Part shown: one piece after another, positions 17,600-26,361 of the stretch
Layout: each line of letters opens with the position of its first letter
Position numbering within the stretch: the stretch's first letter is position 1
From: Candidatus Woesearchaeota archaeon
GTDB taxonomy: Archaea > Nanobdellota > Nanobdellia > Woesearchaeales > WJKL01
Direction of reading: 5' to 3'
Assembly: GCA_014729145.1 (NCBI GenBank)
Contig: WJKL01000031.1
Coordinates: forward strand, 1-35,204
Length of the DNA stretch: 35,204 nt
The notes under the pieces: model-generated
The model's database searches: none
What the model saw: only the letters and a program-made list of their open reading frames with translations
Told to the model about the DNA's origin: nothing
Translations under genes and position numbers: made by a program

Positions 17600-17812
17600 T
17601 TTAACCTCCTGACTACTACTTCTTGTTTTTATCATCCAACCTTTGTTATCATATTGGGCTGGAATTTTATAATAGTAGAAGCAATAGTGCCAGAGCTAAC
17701 AAGATTATTTTCAAATTTAATATTCTGTCAGCTTTCATACCATTAAAGAGAACCATAGAAGTATATAAAGTTTAGCTTTTCAGGGTGGGAACATAAGCTT
17801 AATTTAAATAAA

Positions 17813-18090
17813 GGCAGGCAAGCACATCCTGGAATGGATATGGGCTATGATTACCAGTAACCCCTATCTCTTCCTCAGCTTCGCGACCCCCTAAGCACCA
17901 ATATCAAAACTTAAGGCTGCTGTGTTCCCACCCTGACCTGGTTCATTAAGACACTGGTCAAAGAGGACAAAGCGTCGACGTCCGAGACAGGACCAATAAC
18001 CATAATCCATACCTCTTCCAAGACTTCGGCCCCGTCGTAAAGCCCGTTGACGGTTACAGTACAGGGCTAATGCACCAGCCTAGCTTGCCC
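17813..18090 (-). ncRNA. Signal recognition particle RNA (7S/SRP RNA). Ends are approximate to about +/-10 nt.
   Basis: The minus strand reads CCAGGUC-AGG-GUG-GGAA-CAC-AGCA-GCC. This is the helix-8 SRP54-binding motif: a GGAA tetraloop flanked by the AGG/AGCA symmetric loop, as in E. coli 4.5S GGUCAGGUCCGGAAGGAAGCAGCC. The 5' GGCAAGC (18083-18089) pairs with the 3' GCTTGCC (17817-17823). The region is a GC-rich island in AT-rich DNA. TTTTTAAAC lies about 25 nt upstream on the minus strand (18111-18120). Confidence 0.85.
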
Positions 18091-18202
18091 ATCATCACAA
18101 TATTTTTTCTGTTTAAAAACGTTATGTTTTTTTTGCTTTAACTACTCCAAAACAATAAAATTTATAATTAGATATTCTTTTATACTATTTTGCTGGGGGA
18201 AA

Positions 18203-19306
18203 ATGAATAAAATAACTTTTTTGGGAACTGCAGGAGACAGCTTTGTCTCAGGCAAACAGATTAGGGCATCAGGAGGAATAATCATAAGGCTTGGGGAAGT
18301 TCAGCTGCATCTTGATCCAGGTCCTGGGGCTTTGGCAAGAGCCAAAGAACACGGAATCAACCTGAGAGCAAATACTGCAGTTTTGGTCAGCAACAACAAC
18401 CTGCTCCACTGCAATGATGTAAATGCAGTTATCGATGCTATGACATATGGAGGTATGGACAAAAAAGGGGTACTTGTTTCAAACAAAAGTTTTCTAGAAG
18501 GCAGCGATAATGAAAAATCATTATTAAGCAATGTACAAAAATCTTTTGTGGAAAAGATAGTAATGATGGAGAAAGGGCAGAAGTTAGGCATAGAAAATGT
18601 AGAGATACATGCTTTGGATGCAGACGGTCCGGACCCAAACACCATCGGCTTTAAAATACTTGCACCTGATTTTACACTTGTTTATACTTCTGACACAAAA
18701 TACTCAAGAGAAATCATAAAAGAATATGAAGGGGCAGATATCTTAATCTTGAATGTTCCTATGCCTGGAGAAGAAAAAGCGGAAAATCAACTTAACTCCA
18801 GCTCTGCAACAAAGATAATCAAAAAAATAAACCCCAAACTGTCAATAATATCACATTTTGGAATAAAAATGATAAAGGGAGATCCATTATATGAAGGAAG
18901 AGAGATACAGAAAGCATCAAAAGTGCAGGTATTGATAGCAAAGGACGGCTTGAGCATCAGTCCAAGATCATATTCAGCAAAATCAGACCAAAAAAGATTA
19001 AGTACATTTAAGGACCAGGATACAGGAGAGGTAAAAGAAGATCTAATAGAAAAAAAGGAAGAGATTGAACAGAGAAGGCAGGAAGATAGTAAAGGAGAGG
19101 AAAGGGAGATATCCGAAGAGCCTGTTGAAGACCCAGGAGATAAGGATATTCAACAAGCAGATATAGAAGAAGATGGTGGAGAAGGAAGGATTGATGGAGA
19201 AGAAAATATAGGAGAAAAATACACAGCAAAAGAAGAAAATAAAGAGAAGAAAGAAGAAAAGAGATCAAATGAGCATGAAGAGCACCAAGAGCATCTTAAT
19301 TTCTAA
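18203..19306 (+). CDS. Metallo-beta-lactamase-fold protein with a degenerate metal-binding motif and a roughly 105-aa acidic C-terminal tail.
   Basis: ITFLGTAGDSF...GGIIIRLGEVQLHLDPGPG is MBL-like. The HxHxDH position reads VSNNNLLHCND. The tail from about residue 260 is E/D/K-rich. Confidence 0.55.
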   Translation: MNKITFLGTAGDSFVSGKQIRASGGIIIRLGEVQLHLDPGPGALARAKEHGINLRANTAVLVSNNNLLHCNDVNAVIDAMTYGGMDKKGVLVSNKSFLEGSDNEKSLLSNVQKSFVEKIVMMEKGQKLGIENVEIHALDADGPDPNTIGFKILAPDFTLVYTSDTKYSREIIKEYEGADILILNVPMPGEEKAENQLNSSSATKIIKKINPKLSIISHFGIKMIKGDPLYEGREIQKASKVQVLIAKDGLSISPRSYSAKSDQKRLSTFKDQDTGEVKEDLIEKKEEIEQRRQEDSKGEEREISEEPVEDPGDKDIQQADIEEDGGEGRIDGEENIGEKYTAKEENKEKKEEKRSNEHEEHQEHLNF

Positions 19307-19316
19307 TTATTTGTTT

Positions 19317-20255
19317 CTAAATCAGCAGATTAATTAACAGCAGAACACCATAACCAGCAAGACATCCTGCTGAGATAAAAGGCATGGCAGGATAGAATCT
19401 GTTTTTTTTGCTTTTTATCAGGAGTATAAGCAGCCCAATGGAAGCAAAAACAGAAATTAGCATCGCTTTGAGGAAACCCAACCAGACAGGATTGGTTACC
19501 ATCAGGTTTGCCATAACTGCCCCTGCAAAAATCAATGGAAAGCCTATGTCTCCTCCCCCAAGAACAGCAGTTTTTATCTTTTGTTTTTTTAACTTGATTT
19601 TTTTAGGCATCTTTTTTATGGGTTTCGATCTTTTGACTTTTTTATAGGGGATTAATAATCCTGCAAACACTTTTGATTTAGACTGGAATTTAGCAAGAGA
19701 GATCATATGTTTTGATTTCCATACAGCTATCATATCATAGATTGAGATGACCACCAGTAGAGCAAATGCCCAGTAGACACCATAGCTTGGATCCTTGAAT
19801 AAAGATACAAAGATAGCAGCTAAGCCACCATAGATAAAAAGCTCAGTTATGTTATGGATATAAAAATTCGGTTTAATAACCTTATATCCTGCCAGTATCA
19901 AAGCCAAGATGGCTGCCAAAATCTGATTTATAAAAGCACTTAAACTAATGACTAATGTAATAGATACAGCAATAAAAAACCACGCCTTCCACAGAAAAAC
20001 GTTTCCATATTTAACCAGGAACAAAACTAAAAATGTGCCCAGCAGTATAGCAAACATTATAAAAAAAACAGCTGCGCCTCCTGTTCCTTCGAATTCAGGA
20101 CGGGTTATTCCGAATGGAAGATCATCATATACAGGTTCTCCAGATTCAACTGTGGTTTTTTTGTCTATATATTGATTAACTATAGCCAACCCTATCAGCT
20201 GAGACAATAGAAAAATAACAACAAGAATTACAGTAATCTTTAAGCTGTGTTTCAT
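19317..20255 (-). CDS. Presenilin / signal-peptide-peptidase-like intramembrane aspartyl protease (archaeal PSH, A22 family).
   Basis: The protein is polytopic. It has a YD motif (VISIYDMIAVW), a GxGD motif (LGGGDIGFPLIF) and a PAL-like motif (FYPAMPFISAG) in the expected order. Confidence 0.8.
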   Translation of the reverse strand: MKHSLKITVILVVIFLLSQLIGLAIVNQYIDKKTTVESGEPVYDDLPFGITRPEFEGTGGAAVFFIMFAILLGTFLVLFLVKYGNVFLWKAWFFIAVSITLVISLSAFINQILAAILALILAGYKVIKPNFYIHNITELFIYGGLAAIFVSLFKDPSYGVYWAFALLVVISIYDMIAVWKSKHMISLAKFQSKSKVFAGLLIPYKKVKRSKPIKKMPKKIKLKKQKIKTAVLGGGDIGFPLIFAGAVMANLMVTNPVWLGFLKAMLISVFASIGLLILLIKSKKNRFYPAMPFISAGCLAGYGVLLLINLLI

Positions 20256-20305
20256 AAGGATTAATTTCAGTAAATATTATATAAACTTTGTTATTAGTCT
20301 TGGAT

Positions 20306-20764
20306 ATGAAAATTGCCCATTCAGTTAAAATTACAGCTTTTGCAAAAGAAGATGAGGATGAAGATAGAATAAAGAACAAGATGAAAGAAATGGTGCCTTT
20401 TGATATCGAAGAGAGCAAAGTTAAGCTTAAGCAGAAAACAGCCATAGGGTTTAATGAAAGGAAAATCAATATATTTGAAATATTACTGGAGAAAGACAAG
20501 CATATCTCGATGTTTTTGGATAATCTAGCAGATAGATTAAGCGATGAGGCAAAGAGGCTTGTACTAAAGCAGGAAGAATCAAGGCTTGATGAAAACTGCA
20601 ATTTCTTTTTGAGATTCAGCAAAGAAAAATTGCTTGAGGAGAATGAGCTGTGGCTTACAAACCAGGGAAACTGTTTCCATATAAGGATAAATATCGCTGC
20701 GTTTCCAAAGAAAAAAGAAAAAGCGATGGATATAATTAGAAAGTTATTTAAAGCTGAATCATAG
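20306..20764 (+). CDS. Putative small RNA-binding protein (COG1931/UPF0201-like, tentative).
   Basis: MKIAHSVKITAFAKEDEDEDRIKNKMKEMVP resembles the N-terminus of that family. ATG 20306 is preferred over the TTG at 20288. TATTATATAAA lies about 25 nt upstream, which suggests a leaderless mRNA. Confidence 0.45.
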   Translation: MKIAHSVKITAFAKEDEDEDRIKNKMKEMVPFDIEESKVKLKQKTAIGFNERKINIFEILLEKDKHISMFLDNLADRLSDEAKRLVLKQEESRLDENCNFFLRFSKEKLLEENELWLTNQGNCFHIRINIAAFPKKKEKAMDIIRKLFKAES

Positions 20765-20774
20765 ATATAGGAAT

Positions 20775-21893
20775 ATGGCAGAGAAATATATTGTGACACC
20801 ATGGGATGTCAGCGGAGATGTAGATTATAAGAGGCTGATGAAGGAATTTGGTATCAAAGAGATAGATTCAAAATTATTGAAAAGGATAAAGAAAACCGCT
20901 GGAGAACTACACCCTTTTTTAAAAAGAAAAATATTTTTTGTTCACAGAGACTTGAAATGGATATTAGATGAATATGAAAAGGGAAATAAGTTTTTTCTTT
21001 ATACTGGAAGGGCCCCATCAGGACATACACATCTAGGGCATCTTGTTCCTTGGATGTTTACAAAATGGTTACAGGAAAAGTTTGGAGTTGAACTTTGGTT
21101 TCAGTTTCCTGATGAAGAAAAGTTTCTTTTCAAGGATAATCTAACTTTGAAAGATACAGAGAATTATACAAAAGAAAATATGCTAGATATAATCGCATTA
21201 GGGTTTGATTCCAAAAAAACAAAGTTTTTGATAGACACAAAAAATGCTGATCTTATGTATAAAGAGGCGCTTAAGGTAGCAAAGAAAATCACTTTTTCAA
21301 ATGTAAAATCTGCTTTTGGGATGACCAATGATGTAAATATCGGAAGCATATTTTATACCGCTATGCAGGCAGTTCCAGCATTCCTTCCTTCAGTATTGGC
21401 TGGAAAGAATATTCCTTGTCTTATCCCTCACGCTGTTGACCAAGACCCCCATTTTAGATTATCCAGGGATGTGGTGGGAAAGATAGGATATTACAAGCCG
21501 GCTTCAATACAATGCAGATTCCTTCCTGCTTTACAGGGTTCAACTGGAAAGATGTCAGCTTCTGCCCAGGAGACAGCAATATATACTATTGATGATGAAA
21601 AAACAGTCAAAAAGAAGATAAATAAATATGCTTTTTCAGGAGGAAGAGATACAGTAGAGGAGCACAGGAGGCTTGGAGGGAGGCCCGAGATTGATGTAGC
21701 ATATCAGTGGCTTAATTTTTTTGAATATGACGATAAAAAATTAAAGAAGATATATGAAGATTATAAATCAGGGAAACTTTTGTCTGGAGAATTAAAAAAG
21801 GTACTGATAGAAAAGCTGAACAAAATGCTCAAGAAGCACCAGGCAGCCAGAGAAAAAGCAAAGTCAAAGATTGATAAATTTTTAATAAAATAA
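20775..21893 (+). CDS. trpS: Tryptophanyl-tRNA synthetase (archaeal/eukaryotic type).
   Basis: YTGRAPSGHTHLGHLVPW (HIGH region), AVDQDPHFRLSRD, GKMSASAQETAIY (KMSAS). Confidence 0.92.
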   Translation: MAEKYIVTPWDVSGDVDYKRLMKEFGIKEIDSKLLKRIKKTAGELHPFLKRKIFFVHRDLKWILDEYEKGNKFFLYTGRAPSGHTHLGHLVPWMFTKWLQEKFGVELWFQFPDEEKFLFKDNLTLKDTENYTKENMLDIIALGFDSKKTKFLIDTKNADLMYKEALKVAKKITFSNVKSAFGMTNDVNIGSIFYTAMQAVPAFLPSVLAGKNIPCLIPHAVDQDPHFRLSRDVVGKIGYYKPASIQCRFLPALQGSTGKMSASAQETAIYTIDDEKTVKKKINKYAFSGGRDTVEEHRRLGGRPEIDVAYQWLNFFEYDDKKLKKIYEDYKSGKLLSGELKKVLIEKLNKMLKKHQAAREKAKSKIDKFLIK

Positions 21894-21905
21894 GAGGTGA
21901 ATTAA

Positions 21906-22100
21906 ATGGGATTGATAAAAAATCTTTTCAAGAGAGTGGCTCCTTTGCCAACTTCTTTTATGATTGTAAGTATAGTGGGTTTTCTGGTATCAGCATACCT
22001 GATAACGGACATATCATGGAAATTTACGATGCTGCTGTTTTTTGCAGTGATGTTCATCGCTAGTTTTATATCTATGAATAAAGGGCCTGTTGTAGAATAA
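21906..22100 (+). CDS. Small membrane protein (64 aa, two TM helices).
   Basis: GAGGTGA lies 5 nt upstream of the ATG. Hydrophobic segments are FMIVSIVGFLVSAYLI and FTMLLFFAVMFIASFI. Confidence 0.5.
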   Translation: MGLIKNLFKRVAPLPTSFMIVSIVGFLVSAYLITDISWKFTMLLFFAVMFIASFISMNKGPVVE

Positions 22101-22171
22101 AATATACTATATTAATGCAGTAGGATGCTTTAAGAATTTTTGATCCGTCTTAAGTTTTTGTATATATTAAA

Positions 22172-23500
22172 TTATATATTAAATTCTTTTTTTATCTCTT
22201 CAATCGCTACAGGAGCTTCTCCTCCGTGCCAGGTAAATCTTGGCCGCATCTGCATAGGATAGAGCTTTTCATTCATATCATCAAAGACAAGAGCTGCTCC
22301 TTTTACTCTGGGAAGCTTATTCAATTCTTCGTCAAGTCCATGCCGCATATAACTCTGCATCAATTTGCCAAGAGCATCTACATCAACCTTTGCTGTTAAT
22401 CTATGGGATATTACTGTATCTGACTGGGTCATGACATCTGTATGTATCTTGCCAGGCTGCTGTGATGCAAGAATCAAAGATACACCTGGCTGTCTCCCTT
22501 CCCTTAGAATGGTTACTAAGGCATTAGTGGCAGCTGTCTTACCTTCATGAGGGAGAAATTCATGAGCTTCATCTATCATTATCCAGATCAGTGGAGTAAT
22601 CCTTTCTATCTTTCCTTTCTTCTTTTCAGTAAAATAACTTTCTGCTTTTTTCAAGAGCATATGCTCTTCTGCTTTCCTTGCTGCCATCCTTTCAACAAAA
22701 ACTTTTTCAGATATTATACCGATAACCAAAGATTTGATATTCCATGTTCCTGACTGGGTTGCATAAGGGCTTAAGTCAATGATTATTGTTTTTCCTCCAT
22801 AAGTCAGATCCTCTATAGGGGTCCCATGTTTTGAGAAAAGACCCCACGATTTTGTCTTTCTGAACTGATTTTCAATCATATTTTTGTCGTTTCCTGAAGA
22901 CTTTTTATCTGACCCAATTTTTTTTATTATATCAGAGATAGTATAATTGGTCCCTTCTTTTTTAAGCCCATTTATTGTTCTTTCAAGCAAAACACCTGCA
23001 GGTGTATTTGGATCAATATCAAAAGTAAGACACCAATCAGAAGGAGCTAGATCTGACGGCTTTATAGAAAAAGAGTGGTCTGTAGGGATTCCTTTTTCTT
23101 TATATTCTTTGAAATATCCCTTTGGAGTATAAACATCTATGTCAAGACTTTTTGGCTTAAGATCCCATTTTTTAAGCAGAGCTTCATCTTTTTTATTTGG
23201 AAATTTCATGGTCCAGTATATGCCCATAGTGTCAAAAATGATGGTGCAGATATTGTTTTTTACCTCTTTTGGAAGATCAGCAATGCCTTCAGCTATCGAG
23301 CCCATTGTGTAGGATTTTCCAGAGCCTCTTTTTCCGCAGACAAAAACAACGTGTGTCCTGTTTACATCCAGCAGTATATTTGAAGAAAGGGAAGTAGTCT
23401 GTCCCATCTTAACATAGTGCCTTCCAAGAAAAGTTGTTCCTTTAAGATCATATTTTTCCCTGTCAGATTCACTTCTTCCTATAACTATTTCATAAGCCAT
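22172..23500 (-). CDS. HerA/FtsK-superfamily P-loop ATPase (DUF87-like).
   Basis: The Walker A box is VCGKRGSGKSYT and the Walker B box is IWIMIDEAHEF. REGRQPGVSLILASQQP is also present. The length (442 aa) is shorter than canonical HerA. Confidence 0.75.
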   Translation of the reverse strand: MAYEIVIGRSESDREKYDLKGTTFLGRHYVKMGQTTSLSSNILLDVNRTHVVFVCGKRGSGKSYTMGSIAEGIADLPKEVKNNICTIIFDTMGIYWTMKFPNKKDEALLKKWDLKPKSLDIDVYTPKGYFKEYKEKGIPTDHSFSIKPSDLAPSDWCLTFDIDPNTPAGVLLERTINGLKKEGTNYTISDIIKKIGSDKKSSGNDKNMIENQFRKTKSWGLFSKHGTPIEDLTYGGKTIIIDLSPYATQSGTWNIKSLVIGIISEKVFVERMAARKAEEHMLLKKAESYFTEKKKGKIERITPLIWIMIDEAHEFLPHEGKTAATNALVTILREGRQPGVSLILASQQPGKIHTDVMTQSDTVISHRLTAKVDVDALGKLMQSYMRHGLDEELNKLPRVKGAALVFDDMNEKLYPMQMRPRFTWHGGEAPVAIEEIKKEFNI

Positions 23501-23605
23501 TATCTTTTTAATTACAAGAAGGCATATAAAGATTTATGGTTACTTGAAAGTAGAAAACGAAAACTTTAAAAAAAGAATTCAGTTGCTCGCAATAAAGGTG
23601 AGTAA

Positions 23606-24967
23606 ATGGACAAAAAGAAAATCATCAAAAACAAGATCAAGAAGATAAAAAATATAAACAAAAAACTTCACAAAGGTATAAAACAACACAAAAAATTTCT
23701 GAAAGCTGCCAAGAAAAATATTAAATCGAAGAAGATTATGGCTGCAGGCGGATTAATAGTTATTTTGTTAATATTGGCTGTAGGGTTCAACCTTAACAGG
23801 TTTCTATTAGATCAAAGCAATATCGCAGCTACTATAAATGGTGAAAAGGTCACAATGGATGAGCTTGATCATGAGTATGATTTTTTCTTTTTTATAATGG
23901 GTTATCCTGAATCATATAAACAGATGATAACAAAAGAATCATTTTTAGAACAAATGATAAATGAGAGGCTGTTGATACAAAAAGCAGTTGAAGATGGGAT
24001 AAGCGTCTTAGATAAAGAAGTCGATGAAAAGCTGGAGAAGATGATATCTAACAGCCCTGTTTCCAAAGATCAATTTGAGATACAACTTAATACTGCAGGG
24101 TTTACAATGAAAGATCTTTTTGACTACTACAAAAAACAAGTAATCATATCAGAACTCCTAAATAAATCTTTCTCAGATATTAGAGTAAGCAATGAAGAAG
24201 CAAAAACATATTATAATGAAAATAAGGATCTTTATACTGCTGGTGAAGGCGAGATAAGACTTAGGCATATATTAGTAAATACAAAACCAGAAGCAAAGGA
24301 AATCCTTGAAAACCTAAAAAGTGGAGAAGATTTCATAGGACTAGCAAGAGAGGAATCTATAGGTCCAAGTTCGGTAGAAGGAGGCGATCTTGGTTTCGTA
24401 AGCAAAGGGCAGATGGTAAAGGAATTTGAAGAAGTAGCATTCAAATTAAATGAGAATCAAATAAGCGAGATCGTAAAGACCCAATATGGATATCATATAA
24501 TAAAAAGAGAATCAGATCTGATAAAATTTACTGAAGTTAAGAACACTATCATTAATACATTAGAGACAGAGAGACAAAAACAAGAACTTGGAGAATATCT
24601 AGAAGATATTAAGGAAAGATCAGATATTGTCATCAATTTTGGGCAGGCAAAGACATCGGGAACAGCTGTCCCTGGTTCATGCTATAATGATTATGGATTA
24701 AGTTCTGATACTGTTATCTTTTATCATGCAGACTGGTGCCCACACTGCAGCAGGATGATATCAGTGGTGGAAGAACTAGAGGGGGAAGGATATAAATTTC
24801 ACTGGGCTGAGACCAGCAGCGGAGAAGGAGAAGAAGTTGTGGATTCGTGCTTTGGTGATGTTCTGCAAGGAGGAGTTCCTCAATTTATCTGTACAGGAAA
24901 CAAAGATTATAAGCTCGGAGAGATAAGCGAGGAATCATTAAGAAAATTTGCAGAATCCTGCCAATAA
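23606..24967 (+). CDS. Membrane-anchored parvulin-type peptidyl-prolyl isomerase (SurA_N-like plus PpiC rotamase) fused to a C-terminal thioredoxin-like domain with a CPHC motif.
   Basis: The N-terminus is K-rich and followed by a TM helix (AAGGLIVILLILAVGF). The rotamase core is RLRHILV...GGDLGFVSKGQMVKEFEEVAF...SEIVKTQYGYHII. The C-terminus has FYHADWCPHCSRM...GVPQF. Confidence 0.8.
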   Translation: MDKKKIIKNKIKKIKNINKKLHKGIKQHKKFLKAAKKNIKSKKIMAAGGLIVILLILAVGFNLNRFLLDQSNIAATINGEKVTMDELDHEYDFFFFIMGYPESYKQMITKESFLEQMINERLLIQKAVEDGISVLDKEVDEKLEKMISNSPVSKDQFEIQLNTAGFTMKDLFDYYKKQVIISELLNKSFSDIRVSNEEAKTYYNENKDLYTAGEGEIRLRHILVNTKPEAKEILENLKSGEDFIGLAREESIGPSSVEGGDLGFVSKGQMVKEFEEVAFKLNENQISEIVKTQYGYHIIKRESDLIKFTEVKNTIINTLETERQKQELGEYLEDIKERSDIVINFGQAKTSGTAVPGSCYNDYGLSSDTVIFYHADWCPHCSRMISVVEELEGEGYKFHWAETSSGEGEEVVDSCFGDVLQGGVPQFICTGNKDYKLGEISEESLRKFAESCQ

Positions 24968-24972
24968 ACAAC

Positions 24973-25000
24973 AGATCCACAATATATGATATGTGGATCT
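24973..25000. terminator. Perfect 9-bp stem hairpin between the convergent ppiC-like and dnaG genes.
   Basis: AGATCCACA (24973-24981) pairs with TGTGGATCT (24992-25000), separated by a 10-nt AT loop and followed by T-rich sequence. Confidence 0.5.
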
Positions 25001-25092
25001 TTAATTCTTAAAATTTATTTATCTGTTTTTAATCAAGAATTTAGCAATAAAAAAGATTAAAAAATAAAATAAAAAAAATTAATTTTTTATTT

Positions 25093-26361
25093 TTACAGAT
25101 CAGATTCTGTCAGGACATTGATCCTTGTTTTTGAAGGATCTATCTTGCTTTTCATGGAAATAAGATATTCTACTCTTGCTGATTCTGCCACAGACAAGAG
25201 TTGTTTGTCTATCATGCCGTCCAGAACAATAGCATATATACTTGTATTAAGGCTTTTTACTGTAGTGGAAAGTTCACTGATGGGAACTTTTCCCATTATA
25301 TTCATCTTTCCATCAAGTATATATGCCCCTCTTGTTCCTATCAAATCTTCAAGCATGTTCTTGAATTCTGATTTTTCTTTAGGCGAAATAGAATAAGATT
25401 TTGTGTATCTTTGACTTGATCTATTTTGTCTAGAGTATTTGTTCTTACCTGAACTGCTTCTTTTTTTGTTGTTTCTTCCAGAGCTTGAACTGCCGCTTCT
25501 TTTTTTGTCGTGTTTGTCTGAATTTCCATTAGAAATCTCCATCTTTGCCTGTTCTGAAGCGATCTTTGCCCTCAGTGCTTTATGGATCTCTTTTTTTGTT
25601 ATCTCTTCGACTTCTTTTCCGTCAGGGGCTTTTGATACATGGTCCAGATCAGCTACAGTAGTAAGCTCTTTTATGATAAGGTTTCCTCCTCTATCCCCAT
25701 CAACAAAAGCAGTAACTATCTTTTTTCTGCTTAGATCTTTTATGGTGTCGGGGCAGGATGTTCCGTTCATAGCTATAGCGTTCTTAATGCCATGTTTAAG
25801 CAGATTAAGAACATCAGCTCTCCCTTCAACAACAATTATCTCGTCACTTTCTTCTATTGCCGGACCTGCAGGAAGCCTGTCTTTTCCATACTGCTGTATC
25901 TCCATAACCCTTACTGAATGAGCAACTTCATCAGATAATTCCTGTGAATCTGGCAGAACCTTGTCAGTCATCTGTTTTAGCAGTTCTTTAGCTCTTTCAA
26001 CAACAAGCTTTCTTTTACTTACTCTTACGTCTTCAATCTTATTGACCTTGATCTTTGCATTACAGGGACCTATCCTTTGAATAACTTCAAGGGCAGCTCC
26101 AACTATACTTGTTTCTGCTTTATCAAGGCTTGAGGGTATAATGATAGAACCCCGAGATTTTCCTGATTTTGTACCTATGTTAACTTCAATCCTTCCTATC
26201 CTTCCTGATCTTTGAAGCTCTCTTAATTCAAGGTCAGCTCCAAGAAGCCCTTCTGTCTGGCCGAATATCGCACCAATAACATCAGGACGTTCAACTACGC
26301 CTTCTATCTCTATTGAAGCGTGAACTATATACTTTGCACTTACTGGGCTTATTTTTCCCAT
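25093..26361 (-). CDS. dnaG: Archaeal DnaG primase-like TOPRIM protein with a roughly 50-aa Ser/Lys/Arg-rich insertion.
   Basis: MGKISPVSAKYIVHASIEIEGVVERPDVIGAIFGQTEGLLG is the archaeal DnaG N-terminus. TOPRIM motifs are IIVVEGRADV and AFVDGDRGG. GGAGG lies 9 nt upstream of the second ATG (26361); the track start is 26370. Confidence 0.9.
   Translation of the reverse strand: MGKISPVSAKYIVHASIEIEGVVERPDVIGAIFGQTEGLLGADLELRELQRSGRIGRIEVNIGTKSGKSRGSIIIPSSLDKAETSIVGAALEVIQRIGPCNAKIKVNKIEDVRVSKRKLVVERAKELLKQMTDKVLPDSQELSDEVAHSVRVMEIQQYGKDRLPAGPAIEESDEIIVVEGRADVLNLLKHGIKNAIAMNGTSCPDTIKDLSRKKIVTAFVDGDRGGNLIIKELTTVADLDHVSKAPDGKEVEEITKKEIHKALRAKIASEQAKMEISNGNSDKHDKKRSGSSSSGRNNKKRSSSGKNKYSRQNRSSQRYTKSYSISPKEKSEFKNMLEDLIGTRGAYILDGKMNIMGKVPISELSTTVKSLNTSIYAIVLDGMIDKQLLSVAESARVEYLISMKSKIDPSKTRINVLTESDL

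Noticed and set aside
14906-18090. The idea that the CimA-orphan block is an integrated mobile element targeting the SRP RNA gene.
   Set aside because: No integrase, transposase or direct att-like repeat is present. The SRP-derived 14-mer is inverted, not direct. I keep it only as an HGT or shared-leader observation.
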